Assembly: GCA_963849325.1 (NCBI GenBank)
Contig: CAWKHF010000001.1
Span: forward strand, 64,001 to 128,000
DNA length: 64,000 nucleotides
Direction of reading: 5' to 3'
From: an uncultured Planctomycetota bacterium
GTDB taxonomy: Bacteria; Planctomycetota; Planctomycetia; Gemmatales; Gemmataceae
Shown here: positions 57,761 to 64,000 of the stretch, piece by piece
How positions within the stretch are numbered: position 1 is the stretch's first letter
Layout: every line of letters begins with the position of its first letter
Made by a program: the position numbers and the translations under genes
The notes under the pieces: model-generated
What the model saw: the letters and a program-made list of their open reading frames with translations, nothing else
What the model was told of the DNA's origin: nothing
The model's database searches: none

Positions 57761-59158
57761 ATGCGGTCAAGGCTTATTCCGCGGGATGCTCCGCTCGGAT
57801 GTGTGTGGATCCTGCTGGGCCTGCTCGGCCTGATCCTGAACACGACTTCGGCATCCGCCCAGTCGGCCTCCAGGAGCCTTCCACCCCCGATGCCGCCGGC
57901 CGGCGCCGCCGAGGAAGCGCCGCCGCCCCGGCGGGCGAATTCCCCGACCGACGCCGCGCCCTCCCTGCCCGTCCTGTCGCTGGCGGACGCCCTTCGCTGG
58001 ACCATCGAGCATAATCCGCAGTTGGCCCTCGTGCGCAAACAACGAGGCATCGCCCAGGCCGGTATCGTCATCGCCAAGACGTATCCCTTCAATCCCATTA
58101 TTCAGGACTTCGTCTGGGGTTCGATGGGACCGTATCCGGCCGTCACCAATCGCGTCTTCAACGAGCACACGACGCGGTTGGACCTGGAGTTGCGCGGCCA
58201 GGGCAAACATCGGCGGACCCAGGCGCAGGCGGCCCTGTCGCGCACCGAGTGGGAAATCGCGGCCCAGGAAGTCCTCATCGCCATTCAGATGGTGCGGGCC
58301 TTCGATACGGTGCTGTATCGCCAGGAGAAGCTGCGCATCCAGGAGGACATGCTGCGCCTGCAGGGGCAGGTGATGGAAAAGGTTGAGCCGTTGGTTCAAC
58401 AGGGCCATCTGCCGCGCACCGAATTGATGCTGGCGCGGGCGGACCTGGTGGATGCGAAAACCGCGTTGGGTCCGGCCCGCAATCAGCTGGTCGTGGCCGG
58501 CAACGATTTGCGTCGCCTGCTGGGCATGGTGGACGAAAACTTGACGCTGGATGGGACACTGGAAACGTCTCCTCCCAAGCTGGAAGCGGCGGAGTTAGTG
58601 GAGGAGGCCAAGCAGCGGCGGCCCGATCTGCGTGCCCTGGAGGTGGCCGTCAAGGAAGCGGAGGCGGCGCTGCAGCTGCAGATTGCCAACCGCTACGGCA
58701 ATCCTTCTCTCGGTCCCGCCGCCGAAGTGAACGAGACCAGTGTCGCCTTCGCGGGCATGTGGCTCATCTGGAGTCCTCCCGTCTTTAATCGACGCAAGGG
58801 CGAAATCATGCAGCGACAGGCCGACGTCGCACGGGCCATGCAGGCCGTTCGCTCCCTGGACGTCACCATTCAGCAAGACGTGTACGCGGCCCTGAGTCGG
58901 CTGGACTCCGCTGTCGAGTTGGTCCGGACGTTTCGCACGGAGACCATCCCGGCCGTGGAAAGCGCCCGCGAGGGGTTCGATCAGTTGTTCGCGCGGGGAG
59001 AACCCAATGTGACCCTCGCCCGCGTCATCGCCATTCGCCAGCGCTTGATCCAGACGCGCAGCTCCTACCTCGACGCCCTGTTGGAATTGAGTCAGGCGTG
59101 CGCCGACCTGGCCGCGGCCATTGGCGATCCGTCCCTGGCGCTGCCGCTCCCGAAATAA
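57761..59158 (+). CDS. TolC-family outer membrane factor
   Basis: LSLADAL...HNPQL, RRPDLRA, PVFNR.KG. First gene of an OMF-MFP-RND operon. Confidence 0.9.
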   Translation: MRSRLIPRDAPLGCVWILLGLLGLILNTTSASAQSASRSLPPPMPPAGAAEEAPPPRRANSPTDAAPSLPVLSLADALRWTIEHNPQLALVRKQRGIAQAGIVIAKTYPFNPIIQDFVWGSMGPYPAVTNRVFNEHTTRLDLELRGQGKHRRTQAQAALSRTEWEIAAQEVLIAIQMVRAFDTVLYRQEKLRIQEDMLRLQGQVMEKVEPLVQQGHLPRTELMLARADLVDAKTALGPARNQLVVAGNDLRRLLGMVDENLTLDGTLETSPPKLEAAELVEEAKQRRPDLRALEVAVKEAEAALQLQIANRYGNPSLGPAAEVNETSVAFAGMWLIWSPPVFNRRKGEIMQRQADVARAMQAVRSLDVTIQQDVYAALSRLDSAVELVRTFRTETIPAVESAREGFDQLFARGEPNVTLARVIAIRQRLIQTRSSYLDALLELSQACADLAAAIGDPSLALPLPK

Positions 59159-59160
59159 TA

Positions 59161-59248
59161 GTTCTGAGTTCTGAGTTCTGAGTTCTGAGTAAAAAGACCT
59201 CGGGATCCTCCGACTCAGAACTCAGAACTCAGAACTGGGAACTGGGAA
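59161..59248. repeat. Inverted heptamer arrays (GTTCTGA)x4 / (TCAGAAC)x3 then TGGGAAC
   Basis: Direct count. Intra-operon. Confidence 0.9.
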
Positions 59249-59268
59249 ATTGTGCTGGAGCCGTACTC

Positions 59269-60562
59269 ATGAAGCCACACCGTTTGGGTTTGCTCTTCGT
59301 CACCGGCCTCTTCGGTCTCGGTCCCCTGGGTTGCCACAAGGCGTCGCCACCGCCGGAAGAGGAGGTCAAGGCGCCCGTCAAGGTCGTGACGGCCCAGCGC
59401 GTGTCCCTGGGCGAGCACACGGAATTGCTCGGCGCCACGCAGACCTTGCCGCAGCACGCCGCCCGCGTCACCGCTCCGGTGGAAGGCCATGTCCTGTGGG
59501 CGTTGAGCGATGGCTCCGGCCCGGCCGTGGTCGAGGGCCAGCACGTCGAAAAAGGGCAGGTGATCGTGCAACTGGACGATCGCATCATTCGGGCCAACCG
59601 TGCCAAGACGGAGGGCATGTTGGAAGACCTGCGGGCGCAGAAACGGCAGGCGGACATCGCCGTGCAACTGGCCCAGCTGGAGCGCGATCGACTGGAGACC
59701 CTTCTCCCCGGCGGCAACGGCGCCATCCCCCTGGTGTCGAAGGTGGAGCTGGAGAAAGCGAGCCTGCTCTACAAAGACGCCGAGGCCAAGCGAAACGCCG
59801 TCCTGGCCAAGGAGAAGTCCTTGCACGCCGATCTCGACGTGCTGGACGTGCAGCTGGAATTCCACAAATTGCGCGCCCGATCGCGGGCCGACTCGGCACC
59901 GTCCAGGCCGTGCCGGGACAGACCCTGCCCATCGGCACCTCGGTAGCCGACGTGGTTGATCTGCGGGAAATCGATGTCGTCTGCGTCGTCCCGCCCGACA
60001 GCGCCGCCAAACTCGCCCTCGGCCAGTCCGCCCGGCTGGAGATGAATCAGGGTCCGGCGCTCTCCACGAGTCCGGCCCCGAGGGTAAGGTGGTGTTCATC
60101 GCTGTCCAAGCCCAGGCGGACACGGGCAATTTTCTCGCCAAGGTCCGCTTCCCCAATCCGGACCTGCGTCTCCGCGCCAACATGGTCGTGCGCGTCCAGG
60201 TGTTGACGCAGCCCGAAGAAGAACGGCTGACCATCCCCGAAGCGGCCGTGATGGAGGACCTGAATCAGCCCTTCGTCGTCGTGGTCGAGGATGTCAAGAC
60301 GGAGAAGGACAAGGAGGGGCACGACCAGAAACTCGGCGAGGCCCGCAAGCTCCAGGCGGTCCTCGGTATCCGCGACCGCGAAAAACACCTGGTAGAGATC
60401 CTCGGCCTGGAAGACCCGGAGAAGAAAGAGAAAGTCCCCTTGGACGATCTTTTATTCGTCATCGAGGGCGGCCGCGGTTTGCACAATGAGGATGCCGTGC
60501 GCGTGGAAGAACCCGAGGGCAAGGAAGAAGCGGACGGCAAGGAAAAACCGGCGGACAAATAA
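59269..60562 (+). CDS. RND periplasmic adaptor (MFP) lipoprotein (two frameshifts)
   Basis: Lipobox PLGC, VTAPVEG, EGQHVEKGQVIVQLD, APIAG, NPD.RLR..M, IPEAAV. Confidence 0.9.
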
Positions 60563-60582
60563 AGGACGATTTCCCTCCGACT

Positions 60583-60634
60583 AGCCCGAAGCGCGAGCGA
60601 CGGGTCTTTCCGCCCGTCGCTTGCGCTTCGGGCT
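60583..60634. repeat. REP-like palindrome, same family as 40640
   Basis: agcccgaagcgcgagcgacggg ... cccgtcgcttgcgcttcgggct. Confidence 0.85.
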
Positions 60635-60661
60635 GGTTTGGCAATAGAGGCGCTCTTCATC

Positions 60662-63600
60662 ATGTGGAACCTGGCATCCCGAGCGAAGCCGTACTTCGGC
60701 GCCGTTGTGCTGACCGCCGCCTTGCTGACCGCTGGCGGCATCTACAGCGCCCTACGTATGCCGAGCGGCGTCTACCCGGAAGTCACCTTTCCCCGTCTCG
60801 CCGTCGTGGCCAAGAAGCCGGGACTGGCCGTGCCCAACATGGAGGTGATGGTCACGCGGCCGCTGGAACTGGCCGTCAGCGAGGTCATCGGGGTCGAGCG
60901 TGTCCGCTCCAAGACCATCCGCGGCGGTTGCGACATCTCCGTGGACCTGGCCGCCGGCACGGACATCGCCCGCGCCGAATTGTTGGCCTGGAACCGTATC
61001 GGCGCCGCCCGCTCCTCAATGCCGCCGGACGTGGAACTGACTGTCGAGCGCATGACGCCGGCGGTCTTCCCCATCATGTCCGTGGTGCTCAGCGGCGGCG
61101 AGGGCCCTTCGCAGCTACGCGACTACGCCTTCTACCAGTTCGCCCCTCGACTGAAGAACATCCCCGATGTCTATCGCGTCAGCGTCGCCGGCGGCGATTT
61201 TCGGGAGATCGAGGTCGAGGTCAAGCCCGACGCCCTGCTGGCCGCCGGCCTGAGCGCCGCCGACCTCGCCGACCAGATTGGCAAGGCCCATCGTCTGGAG
61301 CCGGTCGGCCGCATCGAGCGTGGCCGAGACGCCTACACGGTCATCGTCAACACCCAGGGAAGCAGCGCCCGCGAGATCGAGGAGTTGATCGTCACGACTC
61401 ACAGCAATCAGCCGCTGCGGGTGCGCGACGTGGCCAGCGTCAAGGTGCTGTCTCAGGACCGCGTACATTCGGTCGGCTTCGCCGGGCAGGACGCCGTCGT
61501 CGCCACCATCTTCCGCAGCCCCGGCGGCAACACGCTCAACATCTCCCGGGCCGTCAAGGAGATGCTGGACCAGCAGTCGCTGCCGGCCAACGTCAAGGCG
61601 ACGGTCGTTTACGACCAGGCGCGCTTCGTCAGCACCGCCATCGACAACGTGCGCGACGCCATCCTGGTTGGCGGCCTGTTCAGCATCCTCATCCTGCTGG
61701 CGTTCCTGCGCAGCTGGCGCGCGACGCTCATCTCGGCGCTGGCCATCCCGACGACGTTGGCCATCACCTTTCTGTTCCTGCACTGGTATGGCGAAACGCT
61801 CAACCTGATGTCGCTGGGCGGCCTGGCCGTGGCCATCGGCCTCATTATCGATGACACTGTGGTCGTCATCGAGAACATCGCTCGCCATCTCGCCCCGGCG
61901 AAAAGGGTGAAGGGCGAGGCCGCCTCTCTCTCCGGGAACGGCCAGACGGCCGCGAATGGCGAGGCAACGGCGAGCGGCCAACCGGCGGCGGTCCCGGTCC
62001 CGTCCGACCCGATCGATGCGGCTTCCGGCGAAATCACCGGGGCCGTCATCGGCTCGACGTTGACGACGGTGCTGGTGTTCGTACCGCTGGCCTTCATGGC
62101 CGGAGTCTACGGCCAGTTCTTTGCCTCGCTGAGTCGGGCGCTGTCGATCGCCGTCCTCGTGTCGATGGTCATCAGTCTCACCCTGGTTCCCGTCTTCGCG
62201 GCCAAGTTCCTGGCGGGCAAGCCGATGCCCCAACCCGGCCCGATCTATCGCTTTTTCGCCAACGTCTACGAATTCTTCCTGGCCATCGCCCTCCGCTTCC
62301 CCTGGATCACCCTGACTCTCTCGGTGGCCGCCGTCTTCGTGGGTATCGTCCTCTACACCGGCATCCCCGATCCTCACCGCGAGAAGGCCGGCGACGAGCC
62401 TCTGGTTCCGGGAGTGCAGACCGGCCTGATGCCCGCCATGGACGAAGGCGCCTTCGTCGTGGACTATTTCGCTCCGACCGGCACTCCCCTGGAGCGGACG
62501 GAAGAGATGGTGCGCACCATCGAGCACATTCTGCTGGAGAACCCAGACGTGCAGGTCTACGTTCGTCGCACCGGGACCCAGCTGGGCATGTTCGCCACCC
62601 GAACCAACACCGGCGACATCCAGGTCGTGTTGCGACCGGCCGAGAACGATCCGGTCAGCCTGCTCCGCAAGCCGGTTCGTCCTCCGTTCGAGGAGATCGA
62701 GAAGGACATGATGGAATGGGGCAAGGAAGCGGCCGCAAGCAAGTACGGTTCCCATTTCAGCGAGGAACAGGCGCTCAAGGAGGGCAAGGCCGTCGTTTGC
62801 TCGAAGTATCGTCGCCGGCCGTTGAAAGCGATCATGGAGGAGATCGAGGACCACATCAAGGAGCATTACAGCGAGCATCAGCTCCAGTTCGAGCTGATCC
62901 AGATCATGGAGGATGAGCTGAACGACCTGTCCGGATCGAATCGGCCCATCGAGGTGAAGCTGTTCGGGCCGGACTACGGCGAGTTGCGACGGCTGGGGAC
63001 CGAAGTGGCGGAGATGCTGGAGACCAAGAGCAAGGAGAAGGGCGGCGGCCTGAAAGAGATCAACAGCAACGTCTTCGCCGGCAACCCCGACCTCATGATC
63101 GAGGTGGACAAGGTACGGGCGGCGAACCTGGGACTGCCGGTCCAGGAAGTGGAACGGCAGCTGAAGGCGATCTATTTCGGCCAGGTGGCCACGCAGGTCC
63201 GCGAATCCGCCGAGCGCATGACGGACGTGCGCGTCCGCTATCCCGACCGTCTCCGCTTCGGCGTGGGCGGCTTCAATCCCGAAAGCGTCCTCAGTCCGTG
63301 GATCCTTCTCCCTGGCACCGCGCCGGCGTCTTCGGGCGGGCCGACGATTGCCCTGTCGGGATTGGCTCGCGCCGTGCCGTTGTCCGCCGTGGCGCGCGTG
63401 GACCGCATCCGCACGCCCGACGAGCAGGTGCGCGAGAACCAGCAGCCGGCCGTCATCATCAACTCCGAGATCGACGAAGCGAAAACCGGCCTGGGCGCCG
63501 CCGTGAGCGACATTCGCCGCTGGATGGCCGACGTCCATATGCCTGCCGGTTATCGCTGGGAGCTGGGCGGACATTACCTCAAACAGCAGGAAGCCTTCGA

Positions 63601-64000
63601 CACCCTGGCCCTGGTCATGGTCGTGGCCGTCTTGCTGGTCTTCATCATGCTGGCCTTCCAGTTCCGCTCGGTCGTGCTGCCGCTGTTGATCTTCCTGACA
63701 CAGCCGCTCTCTCTGGTGAGCGGCTTGTTCGCCCTGTGGATCACGCATACGCCGCTGAACGTCTCCAGCTACATGGGGGCCATTCTGCTGATCGGCCTGG
63801 ACATGAAGAACGGCATCCTGCTGGTCGAGTACATCCAGCAGCTGCGCAGCGAAGGCATGGAATTACGACCGGCCCTCTTGCTGGCGGGGCGGACGCGGTT
63901 TCGGCCGATCTTGATGACGAGCCTGGCGGCCATCCTCGGTCTGTTTCCGCTGGCCCTGGGCATCGGGCCGGGCGCGCAGATGCAGCAACCGTTGGCCATC
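60662..64000 (+). CDS. RND efflux permease, AcrB/AcrD/AcrF family (runs off window)
   Basis: Manual translation: VYPEVTFP, VTRPLE, AIGLIIDDTVVVIENI, MPAMDEG, KNGILLVE, RFRPILMT. Confidence 0.95.
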   Translation, partial: MWNLASRAKPYFGAVVLTAALLTAGGIYSALRMPSGVYPEVTFPRLAVVAKKPGLAVPNMEVMVTRPLELAVSEVIGVERVRSKTIRGGCDISVDLAAGTDIARAELLAWNRIGAARSSMPPDVELTVERMTPAVFPIMSVVLSGGEGPSQLRDYAFYQFAPRLKNIPDVYRVSVAGGDFREIEVEVKPDALLAAGLSAADLADQIGKAHRLEPVGRIERGRDAYTVIVNTQGSSAREIEELIVTTHSNQPLRVRDVASVKVLSQDRVHSVGFAGQDAVVATIFRSPGGNTLNISRAVKEMLDQQSLPANVKATVVYDQARFVSTAIDNVRDAILVGGLFSILILLAFLRSWRATLISALAIPTTLAITFLFLHWYGETLNLMSLGGLAVAIGLIIDDTVVVIENIARHLAPAKRVKGEAASLSGNGQTAANGEATASGQPAAVPVPSDPIDAASGEITGAVIGSTLTTVLVFVPLAFMAGVYGQFFASLSRALSIAVLVSMVISLTLVPVFAAKFLAGKPMPQPGPIYRFFANVYEFFLAIALRFPWITLTLSVAAVFVGIVLYTGIPDPHREKAGDEPLVPGVQTGLMPAMDEGAFVVDYFAPTGTPLERTEEMVRTIEHILLENPDVQVYVRRTGTQLGMFATRTNTGDIQVVLRPAENDPVSLLRKPVRPPFEEIEKDMMEWGKEAAASKYGSHFSEEQALKEGKAVVCSKYRRRPLKAIMEEIEDHIKEHYSEHQLQFELIQIMEDELNDLSGSNRPIEVKLFGPDYGELRRLGTEVAEMLETKSKEKGGGLKEINSNVFAGNPDLMIEVDKVRAANLGLPVQEVERQLKAIYFGQVATQVRESAERMTDVRVRYPDRLRFGVGGFNPESVLSPWILLPGTAPASSGGPTIALSGLARAVPLSAVARVDRIRTPDEQVRENQQPAVIINSEIDEAKTGLGAAVSDIRRWMADVHMPAGYRWELGGHYLKQQEAFDTLALVMVVAVLLVFIMLAFQFRSVVLPLLIFLTQPLSLVSGLFALWITHTPLNVSSYMGAILLIGLDMKNGILLVEYIQQLRSEGMELRPALLLAGRTRFRPILMTSLAAILGLFPLALGIGPGAQMQQPLAI

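Overview
High-GC bacterial DNA, almost certainly Planctomycetota and Gemmataceae-like. This rests on DUF1501, TIGR03000, PQQ-like propellers, ASPIC/FG-GAP, a short SecA paralog and the ybeY-recO-bamD-lptE-folP-cdaA-cdaR block. About 50 CDS are present. I could not support any rRNA, tRNA, CRISPR array or transposase. Many conserved genes carry 1-nt indels in patches, most likely consensus/assembly errors, so ends of frameshifted genes are approximate. All family names are from motif recognition, not database searches. Best leads: (1) two tandem secreted Met/Gly-rich paralogs with a C-terminal tail under purifying selection, next to a double Cys-cluster lipoprotein and an orphan ABC ATPase; (2) two adjacent secreted proteins sharing an unnamed ~150-aa domain, near a truncated SecA2 and a LolA-like gene; (3) an SppA/S49 lipoprotein missing all three catalytic residues; (4) a TA-like pair inserted between XPB and DUF790/Bax1; (5) a dense multi-family set of palindromic repeats, including inverted heptamer arrays, one of which encodes the BamD signal peptide.
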